Source of the DNA: Paraspadella gotoi
Taxonomy: Eukaryota > Animalia > Chaetognatha
Assembly (NCBI GenBank): GCA_051294375.1
Contig: CM119266.1
Span: 27,419,017-27,483,016, forward strand
Length of the DNA stretch: 64,000 nucleotides
Direction of reading: 5' to 3'
Each line of letters opens with the position of its first letter. Position 1 is the first letter of the stretch. The translations under genes and the position numbers were made by a program. Shown in pieces: positions 25,840 to 38,998 of this stretch. The notes below the pieces were generated by a model. It ran no database searches and had not been told where the DNA came from. It worked only from the letters and a program-made list of their open reading frames with translations.

Positions 25840-26293
25840 TTTTTTTCCCTTTTTTTCCCTTTTTTTCCCTTTTTTTCCCTTTTTTCCCTTTCCCTTTTTC
25901 CCCTTTTTCCCCTTTTTTCCCTTTTTTCCTTTTTTCTTCTTTCCTTTTTCCCTTTTTTTTCTCTTCCTTTCTTTTTTCCTTTTTCTCTTTTTCCCTTTTT
26001 TTTCCTTTCCCGTTTTTCCCGATTTTTTTCCCGTTTTCCTTTTTCCTTTCCCTTTTTTCCCCTTTTTTCCCTTTTCTTTTTTCCTTTTTTCTTTTTTCCC
26101 CTTTTTTCCCTTTTTTCCCTTTTTTTCCCTTTCCCTTTTTCCTCTTTTTTCCCCTTTTTCCCTGTTTTTCCCTTTTTTTTCCCTTTTTTCCCTTTTTTTC
26201 CTTTTTTTTCCCTTTTTTCCCTTTTTTCCTTTTTTTCCCCTTTTTTTCCTTTTTTTCCATTTTTTTCCCTTTTTTTCCTTTTTTCCCTTTTTT
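25840..26293. repeat. Polypyrimidine (TTTTTCCC)n tract, second copy
   Basis: Same flanks as 23737-24167. Confidence 0.9.
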
Positions 26294-26629
26294 GACTGAA
26301 TGCACCGACGGACAGACTGACCAAAAGGAAGTCAGGAAAAAGTCTCTCTCGGTCGACGCTTCAAGTTTGAAATTGATGCGGACAATCGCCACCGCAACAT
26401 TGGATGTTTAGGATGGGGACAAAAAAATGAAGACGACGACGACGACGACGTCGATGTTTTCAACGACGATTTGTCAAGAGCCAAGGATGACGGGAGCGGG
26501 AAGGACTTCTTGAGGGAACAAAAAGGATTATTTAATGACGTTATGATGGCTAGGGGCAAAATAAAAAAATGTATTAGGAAAAAATAAAACCAAGTTGTCG
26601 TCGTTGTTGTCATTTATGATGGATCAAGA

Positions 26630-29600
26630 CGATTGTCGATTCGTCAACGTTGTCGTCATCGTCGTCGTTCAAACGTTCGTCGTCATCTGTTCATACGTCG
26701 TCGTCGCTCCGTCATCGTTCAACGTTGTCGTCATCGTCGTCAGTCAAGTTCGTCGTGCGAGTTCCCAGTCAAACGTTGTCTGGTCACTCGTCGTCGTTCA
26801 TCCGTCAACGTTTGCTCTCGTCACTCGTCGTCGTCAACGTTGTCGTCATCGTCGTCGTCAACGTCGTGCGTCATCGTCGTTGTCAACGTCGTCGTCGTCG
26901 TCATCGTCAGTTCATCGTCTCGTCAAACGTCATCGTCATCAGTCGTAACAGTGTACAGATCGTGTCGTAACGTTGAATGATCGTCGTCGTCAACGTTTGT
27001 TCGTCGTCGTCGTCGTTGTCATCACGTCGTCCATCAGTCACGTCGTCATCGTCAACGTTGTCGTCATCGTCGTCGTCATCGTCGTCGTCAACGTCGTCGT
27101 CATCGTCGTTGTCAACGTCTCGTCGTCGTCATTCGTAAACAACGTTGTCGTCATCTGTCGTCGTCAACGTTGTTCGTCATCGTCGTCGTCAACGTCGTCG
27201 TCATCGTCAACGTTGTCGTCATCGTCGTCGTCATCGTTCAACGTTGTCGTCATTCGTCGTCGTCAACGTGTGCATCGTCAAGTTTCGTATCCGTCGTCTC
27301 AATCGTCGTCTCGTCACGTGTCGCTCGTGTGTCAACGTCGTCGTCATCGTCAACGTTGTTCGTCACGTCGTCGTTCATCTGGTCAACGTTGTCGTCATCG
27401 TCTGTCGGTCAACCGTTGTACAGTGCGAGTCAGTCGTCTGTCAAAACGTCGTCGTCATCGTCGTTGTTTCAACGTCGTTCGTACGATCAAAGTCATCGTC
27501 AACGTTGTCGTCATCGTCGTCGTCAACGTCGTCAAAACTGTTCAAATCGTCCGTCGTCAACGTCAGATCGTCAATCGTCGGTAACTCGTCAACGTTGTCG
27601 TCATCGTCGTCGTCAAAAAGTATCTCGTTCGTCCGTCATCCGTCAACGTTGTCGTCATTCGTTCGTCGTCAACGTCGTCGTTCAATCGTCGTCAAACGTT
27701 GTCCGATCATTCGTCAAGTTGTCTCGTCAACGTCGTCGTCATCGTCTCGAGTCGTCACGTCAACGTTGTCGTCATCGTTCGTCGTCACTGTCGTCAATCG
27801 TTCGCTCGTTCATCGTCTGTCCAATCGCTCAACGTTGTCGTCATTGTCGTCGTCAACGTTGTCGTATCGTTCACGTATGTCGTCAACTCCGTAGCGTTGT
27901 CAGTCCTGTCTGTCGTCCAACGTCGGTTCGTGCGTCGTCCAATCGTCAACGTTGTCGGTCATCGTCGGTCCAGCTTCAACCGTTTCGTCTTCCGGTCGCG
28001 GTCAACGTCGTCCGTTCGTCACTCGTCATACGTCTGTCGGTTTCAAACCTCGATGTTACCGTCGGTTTTTTCCAAATTTGTAACGTTGTCGTTACGTCAT
28101 CGGTCGTCGTTCAACGTCGCTCAACGTCATCGCTCAATGTCAAGTCATCGTCAAAACTTGTCAGTTCATCGTCACGTCAGTCACGTACGTACGTCGTTTC
28201 ACGTCGTATCGTAACTGTCGTTCATCGTCAGTCGTCAACAGTTGTCGTCATCGTCGTCGTCTAAACTGTCGTCGACATTCAAACGTCGCATCGTTTCGTC
28301 ATCTCAACGTTAATCGATTACGGATGATCGCAGTACACGATATACTCGTCATCGATAACGATTGTCAGTCATCGTCGATCGTCAACCGATAGTCCGTCAT
28401 ACAGATCCGATATAATAGCGATCTCAACGTCAGTCGAATATTCAAATACGTCGCTATCGTCAACGTCAGTCAGTACGGTACGTCCAGTCATCGTCAATAA
28501 CGTCGATCATACGTCCGTCAGTCAACGTCTGTCAGTCACTCCGTCAAACGTCGTCATCGATACGTCGTTGTCAACGTATAGTCGCTCATCGTTCATCAGT
28601 CAACGTGATCGTCAACAATCCGTCAACTTAGGTCGTACTTTCGATCGTCACGTCAACGTTAGTCGTCATCGCCTGTGTCAACAGTTTGTCGTCTCGTATC
28701 GTCTCAACGTTCGTCCATCGTCGTCGTTCAACTCGTCGTCATCGCGTCGTCAACGTCGTCGTCATCGTCACCGGTCGTCACGTTGTCGTCAAGTTCGCTC
28801 ATCGTTCAACGTTGTCGTCATCGTCGTCGTCACAACGTTGTCGATCATCGTCGGTCGTCAACGTTCGTCGTCATCGTCCGTTTCCGTCATTACGTTCGTA
28901 CGTTGTCGTCATCAGTACAACGGTGTCGTCATTCGTCGTCAACTCGTCAACGTTGTCGTTACAATCGTCGCTTCGGTCATTTCGTCATCGTCGTCGTCAA
29001 CGTCGTCGTCATCGTTCGTTGTCCAACGTCGTTCGTTCGTTCGTCATCGTCAACGTTCGTCGCGGGTCGTCAATCGTCAAGTATGATACGATACAATTCG
29101 ATCGATACAAAAAAAAAGACGTGGGCAGTCAACGTACGGGTGCGTCAAATCGTCTTGTCAACGGTCGTCGTCGTCGTCATCGTCAACGTAATATGAAATC
29201 TAGATGCAATCGTCGTCGTCACACGTTGTCGCTCATCGTCAGGTCTTGATCACAAACAGATCGGCCGTTCAGTCGTGCTTGCTCAAAACGGATACGTCAG
29301 ATACGTCGTCAAATTCGTCAACTTGTCGTTCATCGTCGTCCGAGGGAATCAGACGTCGCGTCATCGGTCAGTTGTCAACGTCCAGTCAATCGTCATGTCA
29401 TCATGTCACATCGTTTTGTCGTCATCGTCGTCGTCATCGTCAACGTTGATACAGTCAATCGTCATTCGTCAACCGTTTGTCAGTTCATTTCGTTCGGCTG
29501 AACGTCAACGCGAAAAAGACTCTGTCGTCATTTCGTTCGCAATCGTCAAAACGCTCGTTCGCGTCATCCCGCATGAAAGTTGTCAAACGTCGTCTCGTCG

Positions 29601-32600
29601 TCGTATCGTCAATCTGTTGTCTAACGGTCAGTCGTCGTCGTCAACGATTGGTTGTCATCGTGCGAGATCGTCAACGTTGTCGATCATCGTTCGTTCGTCA
29701 CACGTCGTCGTCATCGTGTGTCAACGTCGCATCGTCGTCATCGTCCAACGTCGTCGTCGTCGTCGATCGTCAACGTTGTCGTTCATCGTCGTCGTCTAAC
29801 GTCGTCGTCATCGTCGTCTGTCAAACGTCGTGCGTCATCCGTCGTCGTCAACGGATCGTCGGGCGTCGTCATCGGTCCATCGTCACGTTTTCGTCATCGT
29901 CGTCGTCAACTGTCTCATCGTCGTCTCGTCAACGTTGCGTCAGTCGTCGTCTAACAGGTTGTCTGTCAATCGTCTGTCGTCATACGTACGTCAGGTCAAG
30001 TCGTCGTGTCAACGTACGTCGTGCGTCGTCACGTCACGGGTCCGTCACGTCGTCGCATCGTCAACGTTGTCGTCATCGTCGTCCGTCAACGTGATGTCGT
30101 CACGTCTAAAAAGCGCTAAGCAGCGCAATCGTTCGCAGTGCATTCGTCGTCGTCGTCAACAGGGTCAACGTCGCTCGTCATCGTCAACGTTTGTCGTCAT
30201 CGTCTGTGCTGAATCAACTGCGTCGTTCATCGCTCGGTCAACCGTCTTGTCAGTCCATTCGTCACGACTTTGTCAAGTCGATCGTCGTCCGGTCGAACGT
30301 GCTCGTCATTCCGCGTCAACAGTTGTCTCACGTCGTTGTCAACGTCGTCGTCATCGAGTCAACGTGTGTCGTCATCGGCGTTGTAAAAGACTATCGAATC
30401 ATCAGTACAACGATTGGTCGTCAATTCGTGGTCGTCAACTCTGTTCATCGTTCACACTTGATGCAGTCATATCAGTCGTCGTCAACCCGTTCTCTGTCAG
30501 TGTCGTTCATGTCGTCAGTCAACTGTCGTCTCGTCGTCGTCATCGTCAACGGTTGTCGTCATCTCGTCGTCAAGACGTGCGTCGGTTCAATCGGGCAACT
30601 GTTCGTCATGGCGTGTCCTGTGATCAACGTCGTCGTCATTCGTAACGATTGTCAACGTCGTCGTCATCGTCAACTGGTCTTCGTCGTCATCAGTACGTCG
30701 TCATCGTCAAGTCGTACGTTGTCACTGTTCATCGTCCGTGTCGTCATCGTCCGTAGTCGTCACGTTGTCGTCAGTCGTACGTCATTCCGTGCTAACGTCG
30801 TCGTAACGTTCGGTCGTCATTGTAACGGTTTCGTCGACGGTACCAGTCGTCAACGTCTGGTCGTCATCGTCACGTTGCGTCACTCGTCCGTCAAGCGGTC
30901 ATCGTCACGTTGTCGTCATCGTGTCGTCATCTCAAACGTGTCGTGCACCTCGTCGTCGTCACGTTGTCGTTTCCAATGGTGACCGTCGCTCGTCGTCATC
31001 GTCAACGTTGTCGTCATCGGTCGTTGTCAACGAGAGATGCGTCCATCGTCAGTTGATCAAACGTCGTCCGTCAGCGTTCATCGTTCAACGACATTGTAGT
31101 TTCATCGTACGGTCAACGTCGGTCGTCATCGGTCAACGTCGTCGTCATTCGTCGTCCGTCATCGTCGTCGTCAAACGTCGGTCGTCATCGGTCGTCGTCA
31201 ACGTCGTCGATCATTCGTCGTTGGTCCAACGTTCGTCGTCGTTCGTCATCGTCAACGTTTTGTCGTCCATTCGTTCGTCGTCAACGTTCGTTCGTCATCG
31301 TCGTCTGTCAACGTTCGTCGTTCATCCTCGTTGTCAACGTCGTCGGTCGCGTCATCGTCAACGTCGTCGTCGTCGTCGAGATCGGTGTCAAAACGAGTTG
31401 TCGTCAATCGTCGTCGGGCTCACGTCGAGTCGTCATAACAAAGCGTCGTTCGTCAAGACGGTCGTCAGTCCAAGTTCGTCGTTGTCACGTCGTTCGTCTT
31501 CGTCTCAATCAGTCATACGTTCGTCGTCGTCGGTCATCGTCAACGGGTTGTCGTTGCAGATCGTCGTCGGTCAAGCGTCGTCGTCATCGTCGTGTCAACG
31601 TCGTCGTCGTCGCATTCTCCAACGTTGTCGTCATCTCGTCGTCAACGTCGTCGTCATCAACGTTGTCGTCACGTCTGTGTCACTCGGTCGTATATCAACG
31701 TTGTCGTCACGTCGTCGTCATCGTCAAACGATTGTCGTCATCTCGTCGTCAACGTCGTCGTCATCGCCGTCAACCGCGTTTCGTCTCATCGTACTGCGAC
31801 GTCGTCACGTCACTGTTGTCGTCAGTCGTCGTAGCGTCGTCATCGTCGTCGTCAGACGTCGTCGTCGTCATTCTTCAACGTTGTCGTCATCGTCGTCGTC
31901 TTCAACGTTGTCGTCATCGTCGTCATCGTCAAGACGTATGTCGTCATTCGTCGTTGTCAACGTCGTCCGTCTCGTTCATCGTCAATCGCGTCTGTCATCT
32001 CACTTGTCGTCATCGTCATTCGTCAACGTTGTCGTCATCTTCGTTGTCGTCGTCATCGCACGTCAACGTTGTCGTCATCGTCGTCGCATCGTCAACGTGT
32101 CGTTTTCGTAGTCAATCGTCGTCTGTCAACGTCGTTCGTCGTCGTCATCGTATCGTCAACGTTGTCGTCATCGTCTCGTCAACGTTCGTCGTCATCGATC
32201 TAACGTCTCGTGTCGTCATGCGTCGTTCGTCAATCGGTCAACGTGTACTCAGTTCATGACGTCACGTTCATCGTCATCGTCTGTCGTCTCGTCAAGTCGT
32301 CGTTCTCAAACGTTGTCGTCATCGGTCGTCGTCATCGTACGTGCGTCACTAACGTTAACGTCGATCGTCATCGTCGTGTCAGAACGTCGTCGTCCATCGT
32401 CAGTCGTCAACGCTGTCGTCGCTTCATCGTCAACGTTCGTCACGTCATCGATCGTGCGTCAACGTCCGTCGTACGTCTCGTCACGTGTCGTCACGTCGTC
32501 GTCATCGTGTCAACGTCGTCGTCATCGTCACTGTCGTGTTCATCGTCGATCATCGTAACGTTCGTCACTCGTCGTCAACGTCGTCGTCATCGTCGGTTGT

Positions 32601-33035
32601 CAACTCGTGTCCGTCGTCGTCTCGTCAACGTTCGTCTCGTCGTGTACATCGTACGTGTCGTCATCGGTCGTCGTCATCCGTCAACTGTCGTATCGTGAGA
32701 CGATCGTGCGAAGTCGGTCAAACTCCGTCGTCAACGTGTCGTCATCGGTCATGACGTTGGTCGTCATCGTCCGTCGTCATCGTCGGAGTGTTGTAACGTC
32801 GTTCGTCGTCGTCATCGTCAACGTTGTCGTCATCGGTCTGCGGTCAACGTTGTCGTTCGTCGTCGTCACGTCTGTCAACGTGTCTCATCCGTACGTTCGT
32901 ACGTCGATCTCGATCAACGTTGTCGTCATCGTCGTCGTCGTCGTCGTCACGTCGTTGTCCGTCGATCGTCATCGTGACTCGTCAACCGTCTTCGTCATCG
33001 TCGTCGTCAACGTCGTCGTCATCGTCGTTGTCAAG
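26630..33035. repeat. ~6.4-kb error-rich array of the same 24-bp GTC minisatellite
   Basis: GTCAACGTTGTCGTCATC recurs throughout with random short indels. Confidence 0.85.
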
Positions 33036-33269
33036 TCGAGTTATGTAGTTTTTTCCGCATTTCTTGTCCGATTTTGAACAGTTTTCAAATAAGTTTATTT
33101 AATTAATTAATTAATTAATTTATTTATTATTTTTTATTTATTTGTTTCTTCAATTATTTTAACCGAGGTATCAGAGCGCAAGAAGTTTTTTATAAAAAAG
33201 TCTTAAAAGTAAAACAAGACTTTTTCCGTTTGCTTCAGCCCGGACGTTAGAGAGGTCCCAGATGTAGAG

Positions 33270-33318
<49 letters not shown>

Positions 33319-33539
33319 AAAAAGCCGAAGGCGGGACGGCGTAGAGTGGGAGGGTCAACCTTCAGCCTTGGCTCAGGTCAGTTGAGCCAATGAAAGGGGA
33401 AACAGCAGGACTTCCGCGTTGGCGACGACGACGACGACGACGACGGCGAAGGCGACAAAAAGCTTAAACCTGCATTTTGCATGAGGGAAAATTGATTTTC
33501 TTTGCCTCCGACCAAAAGGGAGGCAGAGATAGGAATCAG

Positions 33540-34340
33540 AGAAAGAGAGAGACAGAGAGAAAAAGATGGAGAGAGAGAGAGAGAGAGAGAGAGTAGAGAG
33601 GTGGAGAAAAAAATCGGAACAAAAAGAGAAGGAGAGAAGGAGATGAAAGGGAGGTGAGAGAGAGTAGGATGGAGAAGAAGAAGAAGAGAGGGTGACAGTG
33701 AGAAGGGAGAGTAAGCGAGGAATAGATTGAAAGAGAAAGAGAGAGGGATAGGGGAAAGAGGAAAGGAGCGAAGGTTGCAAAAGGGGAGGGGAAAGGGGAA
33801 AAGAGGAGTAAAAGGGAGGGAGAAGAGGGAGGAATAGGAAGGGGAAAGAGGAAGAGGGGAGGACAGGCAGACCAAGAAGGTGGGGAAGAGGAAGGCAAGT
33901 AGGAGAGAGAAGGAGGGGAATAGGGCTGGGGAAAGAGGAGGAGAAGGATGAGGAGAGAAGTAGAATGGAGGAAGACAAGGGGGAAGGGAAGAGCGATGGA
34001 ATTGAGGGGGAGGGGAGAGGAGAAGAAGGAGGGGAAGAGGCGAGCGGGTGAGGAGAAGAAGAGAGGAGGGGAAATAAGAGGGGAGGAGAAAATGAGGGAG
34101 GAGGGGAAGGAGAGGAAGGAGGAAGAGGGAGAAGAGGGCAGGTTAGAGGGGGAAGAGCTGCGGAAGAGCAGGGAAGAGGGGAGGCACGAGGGGGAAGAGA
34201 GGAGGGGGGAGGCTAGGAAGAGGGGAGAAGGAGAAGAGGGATAATGAGAGGGGGAAAGAAGGGGAAGACCCGGGGAAGAAGTGGCGAGGCCAAAAGAGAG
34301 AGGAGGTGAAGATGGGGAGGAAGAGGGGAAGAGGAGCTTG
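33540..34340. repeat. Low-complexity purine (G/A) tract
   Basis: Directly visible. Confidence 0.8.
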
Positions 34341-35735
34341 ACGAGGGAGGCGTGTTGACAAAAAGAGAGAACGACCTTAGGTTTTTCTATACAAATTCAT
34401 GGAACCGTGACATTTCCATTTTTATTAGACCGTTGAAATGAATGTCGTATTGAGACACTTATCTCAACAATTAGATTACGATTTAAGGGAAACCGTTCAT
34501 GATATCTTTTGATGGAATAATTTATACAATATCAGTAAAAAAAATATCTTCATGTCATTGTAAAAAGCAGATAACTTTTTACGGTTAATTTACGAGTGTA
34601 AATGTATTTGTCTATTTTTGATTTGAATGCGTCGTTGCCTTCGTCGTTGTATAAGTCGTCTTCGTTGTCGTCGTCATTTTTGCTTGAACTATTTGAGCTT
34701 CCAAAGCCTAGTATTTTATCATTTTTTCTATTTTTTATCGAGCCTACCGGCGAAGCCGGTTTCAAGGCTCGATATTGATTCGGGTGAGCTTCTTTGTAAG
34801 ATAATGAAAAATAACGTGGCGAAACGGTCTCGTGCTGATTTTGTCCCTTTAAAATTGTTTCTGAGCCAAATTAATTGATTGTTACTTTTGGTAATATGTG
34901 CGATATACACTACTGGACTTTACTGTGTCTGACCATAACCCTTGACCATCAACAAAAAAGCTAACTTAATCAAAAATAGTAAAAAAGATGAAGCAATATA
35001 ACTTGAAACGCTTACAAAACTTTAGACCATTGCTTTTATAAATGCAAAAAGAATATTAATAATATTAAAAGAAAACTTTAACGATAACTTAATAGTTAAC
35101 CGAGACCAAAATGAATATTTTTTACCCATCATTTCCTCAATTTATATGAATAAAATGCTTGTAATTAGTCAATTAATCTAAATAACAATCTGACAAATTA
35201 ATTTTCAATTTTTTTTATGAATGGGAAGTTTTTTCTGCCTATTCCCCTTGTGTCTAATTATCTAATATTTTAAAGGTATTTTCAAAAACCTTATATAATT
35301 ACTATATTTTTCATTTTTTTTAAATTCTTTCAAACAAAAACAACATCATAAAAACATTTTAAATTAATAAAAAAAATCGATTGAATGATTTTGAAAAAAA
35401 ATATTTTGAAACTTGAGAATAATAGATTTCGAGTTAGGAAAACAATTTTGCAATTCTAAAAAAATCAGCCTTTAGCCTTTCAATTTTTCTAGAGGCTGAT
35501 TTATTTATTTTTTTGATATTTTGATTTTCTATGCAAAACCATTATTCTCAATGAGCATAGGTCGGATGAACTTTTTTTTCAACAATTGGAAAAAATTTTA
35601 ACTTTTTTAATTAGGCTTTTTTGGGGGAAACAAATAAATCAATTGTTATACGATGGGTACATCTAAAAGTGATATGTCTCTAAATGACAAAAAAAAATTT
35701 TTCAAGTTTTATTTTGAAATTTAGATATTGTACCA

Positions 35736-36021
35736 TTTAGAGAAAAACAAAGTTTTTTTTAATTGGAGATACGGACATGTTTCGGCTCACATTCGAGCCT
35801 TCTTCAGCGTATTTGCCATAAGAAAATATTTTGTGCAAAAAGAAGGGTGCTGAGAGAGAGAAGAAGAAAAAGACGAGAAGATAAAGGACCAGAGAGAGAG
35901 AGAGAGAGAGAGATAGAGGTAAAGGTTTTCTAACAAAGTGGTGAGAAATGTGAGCCGAAACATGTCCGTATCTCCAATTAAATTCGTTGTACCACAATTA
36001 AAAACTTTGTTTTTCTCTAAA
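35736..36021. mobile_element. Inverted repeat (arms about 35736-35793 and 35947-36021); probable Penelope-like pLTR remnant
   Basis: The arms are reverse complements (the right arm has a short insertion) and carry the hammerhead and its 3' half. Confidence 0.6.
35769..35812 (-). ncRNA. Minimal type I hammerhead ribozyme (Penelope-like element type)
   Basis: The minus strand reads AUACG-CUGAAGA-A-GGCUC-GAAUGU-GAGCC-GAAA-CAU-GUC-CGUAU. This gives stem I AUACG/CGUAU, the CUGANGA core, stem II GGCUC/GAGCC, GAAA, a palindromic stem III ACAUGU and a GUC cleavage triplet. Confidence 0.8.
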
Positions 36022-37269
36022 TCCTAATAACAACGAAAACGAAAGGTTTATCGCATCATGATATTGTACCAATAAAAATAAGTGAGATAATTTTTATTTA
36101 ACAAAGATTTGTACTGCGTAGTTTAAAAAAATATTTTTTTAAATAACTTTTGAAAGAAAAGAGGCAGCACGGTGGGTGTGGTATCAAATTAAAGCCCTAA
36201 TCATAGGAGTTTTATTAAATTAAATCCATAAATCTTTACACAGCTTTTGTTTAAATCAGAGTTAAAGGTATAACAGTTTTTTGCTTTATAAATTATATAA
36301 GGCATATGAAATTTTTTATTTTTCTTTTGTAATTTGAAAAAAGAAAGACTAAATTACATTTTGATTAATATTAAAATTTTTTTATTCCATAAAATTATTT
36401 ATATTTTTCAGTTATAGTGAAAAACAAGCAAAAATTTATGTTGTAGCTTGATAAAATGTCTTTTTAAATATGAAAAATAATAAATACAAAAATGTTTTCA
36501 GCTTGATATAAACAGTCTGGACGTCTACCTTCTTGTCTGTGAAAAAAAATGGCATTTTTCATTATCTTTAACTGGAAACAAAAAGCTTGACACACTGCTT
36601 GTCTATCATAATAAGATTTAAAAAATTACATAGCTGGCAATATATTTGACAAAGCAAGACGTCATTGTGTTAAATTGTATTAATAATTTAGAAAAAAATA
36701 TAGCAAGGAATTTAATTCTATTATTTATAATCGATTTTAATTTAGAAAAAATATTTCTCGTAATAGCCCATTGGAAAGAGTTCATTGACTGACTTAATGA
36801 TCAAATTTTTTAGGTTTCTTTACTGCCCCCATTTCACAGATTATCTGTACCCTTTCTGCAACCTGCATTCCAATTTTTTTTTCCCTTTCAAATGTATTAA
36901 ATAAAAAAAATTATTTGAGAGAACAATCGGCGTAGAGGATGCCATTGGTAAGCCTTAGTTACCCTACTTCCTGATCGAATTTTTAAATGAGGTTTTTTTT
37001 CCATCTATTTGAGACATAACACTAACTATTGGTACTATTAATTTTTTTTTCTATTACAATTCTATGAATAAATATGAATAAGTAACTTTTTAAAGAAATT
37101 TATCATCTTTCACCCTATATTCAGTCATATCTAAAAAACAAAAAAAGATGTTGCATTGATATTTTGTATATCAACATATGAAACTATAACGTTTCTAAAA
37201 ATAAAAAGAAATATAATAATATTGAATGGTAAATTTTTTTTATGCACGGAACAGTAACGTTATGCCATT

Positions 37270-38320
37270 TTTCATTGTGTCGTAACGTCGTCGTCGTCAT
37301 CGTCGTCGTCGTCTACTACGCTTTTATAGTTTTGGCTGGGACTTACCGTTTTTTTTAATAAAAATTATTATAAATTACAATGAAGTTTTATAAAAGTGTG
37401 CGATCATAGTAAGTTAAAAATTTAGATATGGCTTCTCATCTTGAAATAGCTCTGAAATTTTTATACTACATTTGGATTCAAGTATTTTTTGTTTGAATTT
37501 TCACTTCATTTTGATTTACTGCAATATGCAAATGAGATTATAATACTCATTATAATATCCAAATTAGTATATAGAAATGCTTTAATCTAATTTACATATT
37601 GCAGTAAATAATATTGAAGATGAAATTCATAAACAGATCTTTGAATCAATAAAAAACATGTGAAATCATTAAAAACGAGTTTAGGCTCTGCAGTGACTGT
37701 TCAGCTGCCTTCCAGCGGCTGTCCAGCTTTTTCTCTTTCTCTTTCTGTCTCTCTCTGTCTCTCTCTGTCTCTCTCTCTCTCTGTACGATCTCTTGCGTGA
37801 TCGTTTTTTGAAAAAAATTTTGATTATTTTTTTCCTTTTAAAAACTTTAATTATCGCCATTTATTTCGCGATTTTTTCTCAATGCAAAATCCCAAATTTA
37901 CATCTCAGATTTTCGTGGATTTATTCTCTTTCTTTCTCTCTCTCTTTCTTTCTCTCTCTCTCTCTCTCTTTCACTCATACACGCATTTGTTTGTTTTATT
38001 TATGATGAATGATTCATTGCGTCAATGTATGACTATCATCGCATCAATGAATGACTATCATCGTATCAATGAATGATTATCATCACATCAATGAATGACT
38101 ATCATCGCATCAACCATTTGGTTATTATGACATCAATAATTTGGTTATCATAACATCGATCATTTGGTTACCATCGCATCAATATTTGGCTATCATCGCA
38201 TCATTCATTTGGTTATCATCGCATCAATTCTTTGGTTATCATCGCATCAATATTTGGTTATCATTGAAGGGAGGCTCGATCCTATTCTTTTAAGATTTTT
38301 TCTATTATTTTTCCAATAAA
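37270..38320. mobile_element. ~1-kb dispersed repeat with an internal 22-23-bp minisatellite (ATCATCGCATCAAT...), unclassified
   Basis: Reverse-complement homolog at about 61222-62290 and a noisy copy at about 54130-55330. Shared blocks include CTACTACGCTTTTATAG and GTGTGCGATCATAGTAAGTTAAAAATTTAGATATGGCTT. Confidence 0.75.
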
Positions 38321-38998
38321 AAAAATCTTGTATTTGAAAAATATTAATATTAATTATTATTTATATTATCAATTTCACCAGAATCGAAAACGGATCGGAA
38401 GATCGGGCGATCGCCACCAGAATAGAATCGTCGAATGCTGATTGGCTCAGCTGGAACCGGAATCGATCAATCAGCTTGCAAGAACGATGGAACTGTCAAA
38501 ATCACTCTAGCCTATGATCTTCTTTCTTAGTTATAAATAGACTTAGCTTGTGAAATCTGTTGCCTCGTTTCTCTTTTTCACTCTCTCTCCCCTCGTTTAA
38601 AAACGATCATTTGACCACTTTGACCGCATTGGGTCATTTAATATTTCCATAATTAGAGAGACTGTGAACCAGTTTTTAGTTTGCTTCAAAGACTCACAAA
38701 ATTTATGTCTGTCCCGTTTGGAAACTCCGTTCTTACGGGTTTCTTAATAATAATTAATGTAAATTAATTAATATTCATCGTCTTTTTCTTCAATCATATG
38801 GAACTCATGTTAGACTCTTCTGAACGGGCGACATCAAATGCTCGTCTTCGCTAAGCGTGAGAATAAACAATTCTTCACATAGCTCTCCCTTAGTTTCAGT
38901 AGCATTGATGCAAACTACTGCGTGCGTCTCACCGTCACCTTTTAGAATAAATCTCCTACTGATTTCAACCTAAAAATCCATGAGTTTTTCCTTAAATG

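Noticed and set aside
23053-26411. Long Lys/Gly-rich and Phe/Pro-rich ORFs
   Set aside because: They are translations of the stop-free (TTTTTCCC)n tract.
26595-33077. Many Ser/Arg/Val-rich ORFs up to ~400 aa
   Set aside because: They are products of a noisy GTC minisatellite with constant frame drift.
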